DNA from: a virus
Lineage: Duplodnaviria; Caudoviricetes
Virus record (IMG/VR): IMGVR_UViG_3300021399_000098
DNA: 64,000 nt
Strand: one strand, 5' to 3'
Part shown: positions 9,092 through 17,990 of the stretch, in pieces
Numbering within the stretch: position 1 is the first letter of the stretch
How the letters are laid out: every line of letters begins with the position of its first letter
The notes under the pieces: generated by a model
Told to the model about the DNA's origin: nothing
Database searches by the model: none
The model's input: only the letters and a program-made list of their open reading frames with translations
Position numbers and translations under genes: made by a program

Positions 9092-11422
9092 CTAAATAGC
9101 ACCTTTTATATTGTTTACTTCAAACAATAAACCAAGTTTCTCATCATAAACTGCCGAATGAAGCAATAATGGAGACTCTTCATGTTTAGCAATTATAATC
9201 CAATTATTCATATTTAATTCATGGCCATTTCTCATACCATATTTATATTTGTATATATTTTCTGGTAACACCTCTTTAAAATAGTTAATATGGGTTTTAA
9301 TAGCATCATACTTTGTTTCACTATCATTTTCTATTTTATAAGACGGTATTTGTATGTTTCCACTAATGCTGCCATCACTTTTTTTTGCTCTAGCAAAAAT
9401 ATCTTCACTAACGCCCCTAAATCCAAGTCTAGATGATATTACTTTCGAATTTTTCTTTTTACTCGTTCTACGCGGTTTCATACTAGAATAAGATGCAGAT
9501 GATTCAATAAACAAACACTTCCAATACTTTTTAAACAGCCCTCTATTTTTATCACAAAATTCTGAATACAAATTATAAAAATCTTCTTTAGTTAATAATC
9601 TACCATTATAACCCTTTAAAAAATTACACCAAGCATAATATATTTTGATTCCTTCTTCACATTCATAAAATGCTTCAATAAACTTATTCGTTGATTTATT
9701 ATTTACAATAATACAGTTAAGTATCACTTCGGAATCATACTCATTAAATCTATTACCTCTACCTAACCTTTGTATTGTATTTTCTGGTGAAACAACCTCA
9801 TCATTTATTTCTATTGCAGAAATATCACAACCAGTTCCAATAATAGAAGTACCAAAAACTGTTTTTCTATCATTCAAATCGCTGTTTTTTGACCTATTTT
9901 CAAACACCTCATTTAATAGTCTTTCACTATCTTCTAACGTAAAATAAGCATGTAACAATATAGTGTTTTCATAGTTTCCATATTTATTACAAAATACTTG
10001 AGAATTTTTTACAGTATTGAAAATAGATATTGAATTATCATTTACATCAATTTTACTAATATCATCAATCTCTTTTACATTAATACGTATTTTCTTATCT
10101 TTATCATACACACCAAAATCTATAAATTTAACATTATCTCCCCAAAACATATTATGATATAATGGTGGTGTTGCTGATAGTAAAAGTGTTCTAGAATTAG
10201 TAACTCTAAATCTAGCACCGCACATTGATATAAAACTTGAAAACATTGGCTTTGAATTTGTATAATTTTGGAATTCATCAAACACAACATCACAAGTTAA
10301 CGTATTTAATAATTGATGTGCAGCACCATTCTTAACGTTCATACCTAGAAAACTATCTATGACAGAAACAATAATGTCTGAATTTTCATCACCTTCTTTA
10401 TAATCGCCACCAACTAAAAGGGCGATGGAAATATCATCTTGCCGATTAATAATAGCGACAATTTTATTTAATTCTCTAAAAGAGTTTTCTGCAATACTAA
10501 TAGTCGGTGTTACCCAAAACAGCTTTCTATTACTTTGAGTCCACCATCTGAATCCAACAAACGTTTTTCCAAAACCAGTGCTAGCCTTCAAAATTACATT
10601 TTCGTAACTAGATATTTCGGTAACAAGTTTTTCTTGCTTTTCCAATCTTACTTTGTCAAAACTTTCAATGTTTCTAAAATCAATGCCATTTATAGCTTCT
10701 TTAATACTTGAACACCCATAGCTATCAATTATATTATCCATAAATTTAATATCGTTAGATACAAACTTATCAATGTCTTTGTAAAATTTAGATACCATTC
10801 TGTCTGAATAGATTAATATTGCTCTCATAAGCAAAGACATAATTAATCTATCCATACTATCTACATCTAAGTCTCTAACTTTTGGGTACATTGTAACATT
10901 TGAAACTGTTATTTCACTTGATTCATTTTCAATTAATCCAACATCAATTCCGTCCTCTTTTAAAATGGCAGCAAAGAAAAGAAACATTTCTTTTGCATTA
11001 CCAATATCATTTTTAATCTTATAACATATATCATCTACTGATAAATCACCATCTACTTCTAATACATGGTGATATAAAATGGTTCTTTTTTCATCATCAC
11101 TAAGATTAGTATACTTATTCAAAAATGCCCATGTCATAACATCATGAGTTAACTCTAGACTATCTGAATCATCACTATTTGTTGAATTAGTTAGGCTTTT
11201 TTGGAAAGCCTCTGCTACCTTTAACAAATCATGACAAATACAAACCTTGGCAATAGATTTTCTTAGTTTCTCGTTAGAATACTTAAGACTCCATAAAGCA
11301 TCCTTCTTGATAATTCTATCAAAACACCTTAATCCAAAATTTTTGGTTGCTATTGAATGGTCGATAACTGTTGTCCCACCATTATTGAGACTCTTTGCTT
11401 TAAAAACGTTTAAATCTGTCAT
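9092..11422 (-). CDS. cas3: CRISPR-associated HD nuclease-SF2 helicase Cas3
   Basis: HD residues DHS / CHDLLK / THD / YHH / SDR; helicase motifs ASTGFGKT, DEFQ, SATPP, FNTV, GCDIS, QRLGRGNR; adjacent to array. Confidence 0.92.
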   Translation of the reverse strand: MTDLNVFKAKSLNNGGTTVIDHSIATKNFGLRCFDRIIKKDALWSLKYSNEKLRKSIAKVCICHDLLKVAEAFQKSLTNSTNSDDSDSLELTHDVMTWAFLNKYTNLSDDEKRTILYHHVLEVDGDLSVDDICYKIKNDIGNAKEMFLFFAAILKEDGIDVGLIENESSEITVSNVTMYPKVRDLDVDSMDRLIMSLLMRAILIYSDRMVSKFYKDIDKFVSNDIKFMDNIIDSYGCSSIKEAINGIDFRNIESFDKVRLEKQEKLVTEISSYENVILKASTGFGKTFVGFRWWTQSNRKLFWVTPTISIAENSFRELNKIVAIINRQDDISIALLVGGDYKEGDENSDIIVSVIDSFLGMNVKNGAAHQLLNTLTCDVVFDEFQNYTNSKPMFSSFISMCGARFRVTNSRTLLLSATPPLYHNMFWGDNVKFIDFGVYDKDKKIRINVKEIDDISKIDVNDNSISIFNTVKNSQVFCNKYGNYENTILLHAYFTLEDSERLLNEVFENRSKNSDLNDRKTVFGTSIIGTGCDISAIEINDEVVSPENTIQRLGRGNRFNEYDSEVILNCIIVNNKSTNKFIEAFYECEEGIKIYYAWCNFLKGYNGRLLTKEDFYNLYSEFCDKNRGLFKKYWKCLFIESSASYSSMKPRRTSKKKNSKVISSRLGFRGVSEDIFARAKKSDGSISGNIQIPSYKIENDSETKYDAIKTHINYFKEVLPENIYKYKYGMRNGHELNMNNWIIIAKHEESPLLLHSAVYDEKLGLLFEVNNIKGAI

Positions 11423-11451
11423 ATTTTATATATATATATTTAATTATACTG

Positions 11452-11459
11452 CAAATGTA
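11452..11459 (-). promoter_or_regulatory. -7 box (TACATTTG) of a dedicated cas3 promoter
   Basis: TAnnTTTG match about 30 bp upstream of the cas3 ATG, in the same context as other promoters in the window; no perfect -33 TTTG. Confidence 0.55.
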
Positions 11460-11503
11460 CGAATAAAAATTAAATTATAAAAGTAATGTTCTAATTTTTA
11501 ACA

Positions 11504-12392
11504 CTTTTTATTACATTAAGTTTTAACACTAAAAACACCAAGCCCATCTGTAGGATTGTTGGCTATTTGTTGTCATTACACTAAGTTTTAACACTAAAAA
11601 CATCAAACATCATGTTAATACGCTGTGTGCAATAGTTGTCATTACTCCAAGTTTTAACACTAAAAACACATAAGTTATATTCCTTAAATCGATAAAATTA
11701 TTGTCATTACATTAAGTTTTTATACTAAAAAACATTTGACCCATTCTTCTTGATAAAAATAAAGTGTTTGTCATTACATTAAGTTTTTATACTAAAAACG
11801 CCTTAATAACGATGTTCTTTGCCGCATAACGGTTGTCATTACACTAAGTTTTCATACTAAAAACACAACGCACTGATATTGATAAAGTGTATATCTAGTT
11901 GTCATTACATTAAGTTTCAATAAAAACACTTTGAGTTTTAAAGATGCTCATTATATATTTATTGTCATTACATTAGGTTTCCATACTAAAAACACCATAT
12001 AAAACGGTGAACATAAAACAACGCAAATTGTCATTACACTAAGTTTTCATACTAAAAACACCATACAGTGCAGCACACTTTGTTGTCTCTTCGTTGTCAT
12101 TACACTAAGTTTTTATACTAAAAACGCCCAAAGATTCAGCACGAACATGTGCATTATGGTTGTCATTACACTAAGTTTTCATACTAAAAACACCGAATCT
12201 CCTATCATCGTGTAACCGCATACAGTTGTCATTACACTAAGTTTTTATACTAAAAACACCTTCAGCAGAATGTGATTCAACTTCAGCAATGTTGTCATTA
12301 CACTAAGTTTTTATACTAAAAACACCTCCTAGAGCTTTTGCCTCATTGCTACGTGCGTTGTCATTACACTAAGTTTTCATACTAAAAACACC
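11504..12392 (-). CRISPR. CRISPR array: 14 repeats (36 nt; plus-strand consensus GTTGTCATTACACTAAGTTTTYATACTAAAAACACC) and 13 spacers of 29-30 nt
   Basis: Repeats start at 11504, 11569, 11635, 11700, 11767, 11832, 11898, 11961, 12027, 12093, 12159, 12225, 12291, 12357; spacers unique; repeats degenerate toward 11504. Confidence 0.97.
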
Positions 12393-12428
12393 TAATAACT
12401 CATAACAGTCTATATTATAAGTTATTAG
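12392..12428 (-). promoter_or_regulatory. 16-bp RNA hairpin forming most of the short leader between cas5 and the first repeat
   Basis: CUAAUAACUUAUAAUA-UAGAC-UGUUAUGAGUUAUUAG, fully paired on the minus strand with two G-U pairs. Confidence 0.65.
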
Positions 12429-12436
12429 ACGATAAA

Positions 12437-13405
12437 TCACTCAGAAATTTTGGTAAATTCTTCTTTCCAATCAAACATTGGTGGTAATTTTCCTATTCCT
12501 AAAATCTTAACAACCCCACCATCCATAATGGTTGGCATTCTTCCATACTGTCTAAGTTCTTCTATCAGATTTTCATTTTCAATCTCAACTATAATTCTAC
12601 CATTATAAGTTACCTTTTTACTTTTAATGCCATGTCTTTCTAGAATTGGGCATTTTGAGGAACAATCACAATTATGAGAAGTCGTTGTATTCTTAATGTT
12701 TCCATTGAACACTGCTTCATACCATCCTTGTGATGAAATTATTTTTAATCTATCGCCATATTCTTTCTTGAAAGATTTCATTTCATCGCTATCCACATAC
12801 TTTTTAACTTCAACTAGGAATTCTGGAAAAGAGTATTTCTTAATGACATCTTCACAGCCAAACAACTTATTAAAAAAATCTTTTACAATCTCAAATAAAA
12901 GTTCATCACCATTCTTTTTTCTCTCATTCGATTTAACAAATGATGGATAATTAAACCATTTAGGTTTAAACTGTGCTTTAAAACTCTCCCACGTAAAATT
13001 ACCTTGATATTTTTCGCCACCAACAATTGTGGTAACTTTTCTATTTGAGTCAAAATTTGCCTTTTGGGACCAAAATGTGGTGGTTAAAAATCTTTTATCA
13101 CCTTTCTTTGTTATGTAGAAATATTGATTATCATATTTAACATAACTATGATTTAATGCCAAGTCATAAATCTCTTCATTCCTTGTAAAGATACTTTTCC
13201 TCATACTAGGAACTGGAGGGTATCCAAACAAATAATGAAGCATATTGCTAATATGATTAACCTTTAATGGGTTATTCAAGTCCACCTCATATGAGGTGGA
13301 CTTGTAAATTGAATTTTCATCCCTTCTATAGTCTGTTGATTTACTATTTGACTTGCTATCCACCATTAAATCAGCAGATTTAAATTCTAAATATAAATAA
13401 TACAT
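12437..13405 (-). CDS. cas5: Divergent, enlarged Cas5-like RAMP
   Basis: N-terminal beta strand YYLYLEFKSA then P..HISNMLHYLFG (Cas5-like); directly downstream of cas7; 322 aa. Confidence 0.6.
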   Translation of the reverse strand: MYYLYLEFKSADLMVDSKSNSKSTDYRRDENSIYKSTSYEVDLNNPLKVNHISNMLHYLFGYPPVPSMRKSIFTRNEEIYDLALNHSYVKYDNQYFYITKKGDKRFLTTTFWSQKANFDSNRKVTTIVGGEKYQGNFTWESFKAQFKPKWFNYPSFVKSNERKKNGDELLFEIVKDFFNKLFGCEDVIKKYSFPEFLVEVKKYVDSDEMKSFKKEYGDRLKIISSQGWYEAVFNGNIKNTTTSHNCDCSSKCPILERHGIKSKKVTYNGRIIVEIENENLIEELRQYGRMPTIMDGGVVKILGIGKLPPMFDWKEEFTKISE

Positions 13406-13407
13406 AA

Positions 13408-14484
13408 CTAAATACTCTCCGCAATACTTAAATCATCCTCTTCTTCTTTACTACTTTTTTTTGTTTTTTTGTTGGCTTTTTCCAACTTTTGCTCTTCATT
13501 CAATTTTACAATTTCTTGTATGTTCTTTTCTTGAGCCTTTTTATACTCTTCAATATATGTAGAATCCGCAACTTTATAAAAACAATCAATTTTGCTAAGA
13601 TTCATATTTTCAATATCATCAATTGAACGTATATTAATCCATTCATTCTCATAATCCAAGCTAACTAAATCATCACATAACTGAATTTTAAGCGATGTTG
13701 TCTTCATACTGCCCATTCTACCATGAGCTTCAACACGAAGCATACTAATCAAAGTATTTTTAAGTATACGCTCAATAACTTCATTGTTAAGAAGTATTCC
13801 ATATTCTGGATGAACACTTCTATTTGCTAAAAAATAACCTACTGTTGGATTTGACAAATCACCAAACTCTTGATTTAAAAACTCTTTAAATTTACCACTG
13901 CTTACCCAATCTGGTAGAACATACATTCTATCATTTTTTTCACTAGCTGATAAGAATTGAATTTCACACATATCTATGTTTCCCTCTGCTTCCCATACAG
14001 TCTTACCAAGAGTCTCCACATTGAACATAGATGTTGAAGCTCTTTTACCAGTTGTTGGGTCTACAACATTTGACGTTTGAACAGTAAACTGTGGTTTTGC
14101 GTCATTTACTAATGAAGCATCAGTAATGTTAAAACTACTTTTTTTGTGCAAGTTAATACCTTTTTTAAGAAGTAAAGTAGTTCCTCTACATAAAGTCTCC
14201 CACCTTGCAAGTTCATGCATTGTTATGTTTTCATTAATCGCATCATATGGAGAAACTTGATTACCAAATATATAATACCTCAACTTGTTTTTATCAATTT
14301 TAGGAACAGCCATTAATTTTTCACCGTCATTTTGATAATAATTTTTTTTCATGACAAGAGTATTATCATTAAACTTTCCATGACAACTATAAAGCTCGTT
14401 TAAGATACCAAGCTGATTTTCAAGGGAATCATAATTTACACAACCCTCTCCTTCAAAAATAATTTTAAATTTAATTGACCTCAT
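13408..14484 (-). CDS. cas7: Cas7-like backbone subunit (type I)
   Basis: N-terminal GCVNYD, PKIDKNKLRYYIF, KKSSFNITDA, SMFNVE pattern resembling DevR/Csa2-type Cas7; lies between cas6 and cas5. Confidence 0.72.
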   Translation of the reverse strand: MRSIKFKIIFEGEGCVNYDSLENQLGILNELYSCHGKFNDNTLVMKKNYYQNDGEKLMAVPKIDKNKLRYYIFGNQVSPYDAINENITMHELARWETLCRGTTLLLKKGINLHKKSSFNITDASLVNDAKPQFTVQTSNVVDPTTGKRASTSMFNVETLGKTVWEAEGNIDMCEIQFLSASEKNDRMYVLPDWVSSGKFKEFLNQEFGDLSNPTVGYFLANRSVHPEYGILLNNEVIERILKNTLISMLRVEAHGRMGSMKTTSLKIQLCDDLVSLDYENEWINIRSIDDIENMNLSKIDCFYKVADSTYIEEYKKAQEKNIQEIVKLNEEQKLEKANKKTKKSSKEEEDDLSIAESI

Positions 14485-14494
14485 ATTTTTTATT

Positions 14495-15160
14495 TTAAAT
14501 TAATTTAACAGAACCAAAACCAAAACCAGTTGATGAACCTAATCCTAGCTCATATATAAGTTTTCTTGCTTTTTTATTTCCTTTAACAAGTAACATCACT
14601 TGTGAACATATATTTTTACACCCATTTATATTATAAAAACGTATTTTAGAATTTTCTGGATGAAATAATTCAAAATCCAAAGTATTAGCTATTCTTTCAC
14701 TTAAACCATTATGTATCAATTTTTTAATTGACTTTTCTCTTAAATGAGGAACAAATTCATCATCTTCAAATGTTATGAATTTATCTTTAGTTTGTAACCT
14801 TATTGGACTAGTTGTACGAATTATATCGTATTCAGAATGAACATTAAATTCAGATAACTCAAATTTTCTAAATTTTAAATTTGAAATGTATAACTCATTT
14901 CTATTATATGTAAGACTTAAAACTATTTTATCAATAAACTCATTATCACATGACGAAATAGTTAAAAACGCCCCATCAACAAAAATCACATTACCATCTA
15001 GATATATCCCATTCTGTAAACGTGAAACACTATATTTAGAAAACTTCCCATGATAAGGATTATTTTCTCCCAAAAGTTTATTCACAAATCCATTAACTTT
15101 TTTGTAAGAAATGTTAACGTCAAATTCATCTTTTCCATCAAAAAATATTTTTATAATCAT
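14495..15160 (-). CDS. cas6: CRISPR RNA endoribonuclease Cas6
   Basis: C-terminal G-rich loop GLGSSTGFGFGSV, TTSPI motif, N-terminal YH...YSVSRL. Confidence 0.9.
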   Translation of the reverse strand: MIIKIFFDGKDEFDVNISYKKVNGFVNKLLGENNPYHGKFSKYSVSRLQNGIYLDGNVIFVDGAFLTISSCDNEFIDKIVLSLTYNRNELYISNLKFRKFELSEFNVHSEYDIIRTTSPIRLQTKDKFITFEDDEFVPHLREKSIKKLIHNGLSERIANTLDFELFHPENSKIRFYNINGCKNICSQVMLLVKGNKKARKLIYELGLGSSTGFGFGSVKLI

Positions 15161-15186
15161 ATAATTTTAATTTAATTATTATGATA

Positions 15187-15218
15187 CAAATATATATAAA
15201 AAAAATTGGATTAACAAA
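15187..15218 (-). promoter_or_regulatory. Bacteroidota sigma-A type promoter of the cas6-cas7-cas5 operon
   Basis: Minus strand TTTG-N20-TATATTTG. Confidence 0.7.
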
Positions 15219-15243
15219 ATAATCAACCCAATTTTAACACTAA

Positions 15244-15669
15244 TTAACTATTTGTTACTTTTTCTTCTTTTTCTGTAAAATACTCCCTAAAATTATTTGT
15301 TCTATAATCAAACATTTCGTTTGTTAATATTACATCTTCTTTATTTTCTTCACCTTCCATATTAGCCATCATAAGCAACTCATCAATATCTTCATCTGTG
15401 ACAAACTTTCTATCAAGCTTATCACAAATTTTTAGCATACACACACCCCCTCCGTGTGAAAAACGACCTTCAAGTTTTGTTATCTCTAAATCATCATCCG
15501 TAGAATCTTCCTTATCTGAACGAAGAGACAAAACACCAACCGAACTATCGCTATCTTTATCTGTAATTATAAATTGGTAGTATGATTCTCCATTATTAAT
15601 GACTTCAAAGCCGTTTTCTTTTAAATCCCTAATCTTTACTGGAATGTTTAAAATATAAGTAACACTCAT
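15244..15669 (-). CDS. Hypothetical acidic protein
   Basis: 141-aa ORF upstream of the cas promoter. Confidence 0.6.
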   Translation of the reverse strand: MSVTYILNIPVKIRDLKENGFEVINNGESYYQFIITDKDSDSSVGVLSLRSDKEDSTDDDLEITKLEGRFSHGGGVCMLKICDKLDRKFVTDEDIDELLMMANMEGEENKEDVILTNEMFDYRTNNFREYFTEKEEKVTNS

Positions 15670-15723
15670 AACTTATGCTTTTTTAATAAATTATTATTTT
15701 TTAATATAAACATACTATTATCT

Positions 15724-16296
15724 TTATTTATTTTTTCTCATTTCAGCAATAGGTCTAAGTATATCTTGAAATCCATCTATCTTACTACCTATATATTCTT
15801 TACAATAGCTTACTCTCGTAAGCCTATTCCTATATTTTTGGTTGTCAGCAGATTTCTTGTCTCTACCCTTTCCGTCAAACACAGTACCTCTAACATTTGG
15901 ATTCCTTGAAAGTGCCTCTCCAAACTTTCTATGCGCTGTTTTTATATACAGCTTATAATCATGCTCATCATCTGATAGTGACTTAACTATGCCACCAACG
16001 AAATTGAATATAATCGTGCTAAGTCCTAGTCCTTGATAGTCTTCAAGTATAACAATTCTACTTATAGAACAACCATAAGGTATTCCTTTTCTAGGCGTGT
16101 TAAGAATTCCAACGAATCCGACTGGAACACCATCCCATTCAAATAACAAACATTTACAAGACTTATTAATTTCAGCAGTCAAATAATGGCATTTTGAAAA
16201 TCCTAAGCTTTTCCACACACTAGGTTCTACTCTTCTAACAGTTAATTGAATGTTTGGTCTTTGTCCTTTAGAATGGTCAATCTTTATTACTTTCAT
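15724..16296 (-). CDS. GNAT acetyltransferase (type associated with phage ABC ATPases); likely start MKVIKID at 16296
   Basis: HYL, SRIVILEDYQGLGLS acetyl-CoA-binding motif, KTAH. Confidence 0.75.
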   Translation of the reverse strand: MKVIKIDHSKGQRPNIQLTVRRVEPSVWKSLGFSKCHYLTAEINKSCKCLLFEWDGVPVGFVGILNTPRKGIPYGCSISRIVILEDYQGLGLSTIIFNFVGGIVKSLSDDEHDYKLYIKTAHRKFGEALSRNPNVRGTVFDGKGRDKKSADNQKYRNRLTRVSYCKEYIGSKIDGFQDILRPIAEMRKNK

Positions 16297-17380
16297 TCGA
16301 GTTTTTTTTATTACAATTATTTTCATGATACTTAAATGTGTAACCGTGATGTTGTTTAAATTTACCTTTTAAACACATTCTAACACATTTTAAATCAAAA
16401 TTCATTTTCAAACACATTTGAGATATTGATGAATAAGTTTCTATAAAATTTCCATCTAAATCTAATAAATCAACTCTATGTGACGTTTTGCTGTGTGTAT
16501 TTTCAGATAGCATGTTTTCAGAATGAGATACCCATTCTAAATTTTCAACTTTATTATTTTTAGTATTAGAATCCTTATGATTAACTTCTGTGCTCCCATT
16601 CAAATTTGGTATAAAAGTTTGTGCAACAAGTCTATGGACAAAATACTGCTTCCCATTCACGAATACCCTCATATATCCCAAAGTATTATCACTTCCATAA
16701 GTAATTCTTTCTCGTCCTCTCCATTGCATTTTAACTCTTCCTAAATCACTTATTTCAATATTCAAAAAAGGATGTTTTTTAAAAATTTCCCCATACAGTT
16801 CTTTGTCTTTAACATATTCCCACTTATATCCACAAGCACTTTTTGCTTCACCTCTGCAAGCTCTTCTTATATTTTCGTATGGACGTTTGTAATTATTAAT
16901 ACCCAATTCTTTTACTGCTTCTTTTGTTGAATCAAATACTCCAACAACGTTATTAAAAAAATCAGTACATTTAACCTTTATTTTTCTATTATTTGTTTTA
17001 TTCGGTTTCCTTTTATTTCTTGAATTAATATTGTTGGCATTATCTTTTTGAGATAGGTATCTCAAATTTGAAAGGTAATTATTTAAAGGATTTGAATCTA
17101 TATGGTCTACTGTTAGTTCTTTTTTAATACCGTAAAAACATTCACAAATAAATCTATGCACAAGCATAATATATCTTTTACCGCATTTGTATAGTGATAC
17201 AATTAATCTACCATTTTGTATTGGCACTTGTTTTCTAATCTTATTAGTTTTTGTTCTTCTAATTTTTCCTAAATTAGAACCTTCATATTCAGTAAAAAAT
17301 GGATGCTGTCTCCATATTTCGGTAAAACCATTTATTTTCACACTTTCTCCTTTTTTATGATTAATTTGAATTGTTTTCAC
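16277..17380 (-). mobile_element. Free-standing HNH homing endonuclease with two tandem NUMOD4-HNH-NUMOD1-like modules
   Basis: SNLGKIR...VHRFICECF...VDHIDSNPLNNYLSNL and SDLGRVK...VHRLVAQTF...VNHKDSNTKNNKVENLEW. Confidence 0.85.
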
Positions 17381-17862
17381 TATCTTTTGCCTTTTTCCTT
17401 CAACTTATTTTCATAAGCCTCCATAGCTTTCTGTCTGTTTTCCTTCCGCTTGTTGTGACAGTCCTCACATTCAGCATAAATCCAATAGTTCTCATTTATT
17501 GGCTTGTCAATGTGTTTTCCGCACACTTCACAAGTGTGATATGATTTCTCTTCGGCATCCCTAATCATCTGCCTAAGTTCATCATTATACTTGTTAACGT
17601 AGAAGCACAAATAACCAAATTTCTCTTTTATCTGGTGTATTTCAAACTTATCTTCATGTTCTTCGTTATACTTGTTAATGTAGTCTATGATTGGCTGATA
17701 CAATTCTTTCCATCCTTCACCACATTCAATACCAAAAAGCTCATAAGGCCATTGTGGAGTAAATCTCTCAGGATGTTCTTTTTTTTCAAGTTCCTTTTCC
17801 TTTCTGTACTTCTCAATTATTTTTTGCAATTCTTGCAATCTTTCTTTTTTAGTCTGTTCCAT
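17380..17862 (-). CDS. Conserved phage protein with C-terminal Zn ribbon
   Basis: ECGEGW, QIKEKFG, CEVCG...CEDC. Confidence 0.65.
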   Translation of the reverse strand: MEQTKKERLQELQKIIEKYRKEKELEKKEHPERFTPQWPYELFGIECGEGWKELYQPIIDYINKYNEEHEDKFEIHQIKEKFGYLCFYVNKYNDELRQMIRDAEEKSYHTCEVCGKHIDKPINENYWIYAECEDCHNKRKENRQKAMEAYENKLKEKGKR

Positions 17863-17989
17863 TTTTGTATGTATTAACTACCAAATCTATTGCCTCACCT
17901 AGATACTTGGGGTCTACCATAGGAATGTCAGCGCCCCTTCTCCATTTGTTGTGATGCTCCAATAACATAAGTGCCTCTTGTACGTTCAT
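17849..17989 (-). CDS. Small hypothetical protein (46 aa)
   Basis: Below ORF-track cutoff; MNVQEALMLLEHHNKWRRGADIPMVDPKYLGEAIDLVVNTYKNGTD fills the gap between co-oriented genes. Confidence 0.6.
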   Translation of the reverse strand: MNVQEALMLLEHHNKWRRGADIPMVDPKYLGEAIDLVVNTYKNGTD

Positions 17990-17990
17990 T

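Noticed and set aside
11504-12392. Array as a translated ORF (66-nt period is a multiple of 3), or evidence of TAG recoding as in Lak phages
   Set aside because: The consensus repeat has an in-frame TAG, 29-nt spacers shift the frame, and genes such as cas3 and cas7 end cleanly at TAG while very long ORFs are intact in the standard code
11504-12392. Array transcribed on the plus strand to program a host Cas13b
   Set aside because: G-U-compatible stems, the decay gradient and operon direction all favour the minus strand, and the repeat lacks the long inner stem of Cas13b repeats; not formally excluded
15244-15669. Possible Cas8/Cas11 remnant
   Set aside because: Only 141 aa, lies upstream of the cas promoter, and shows no recognisable Cas features
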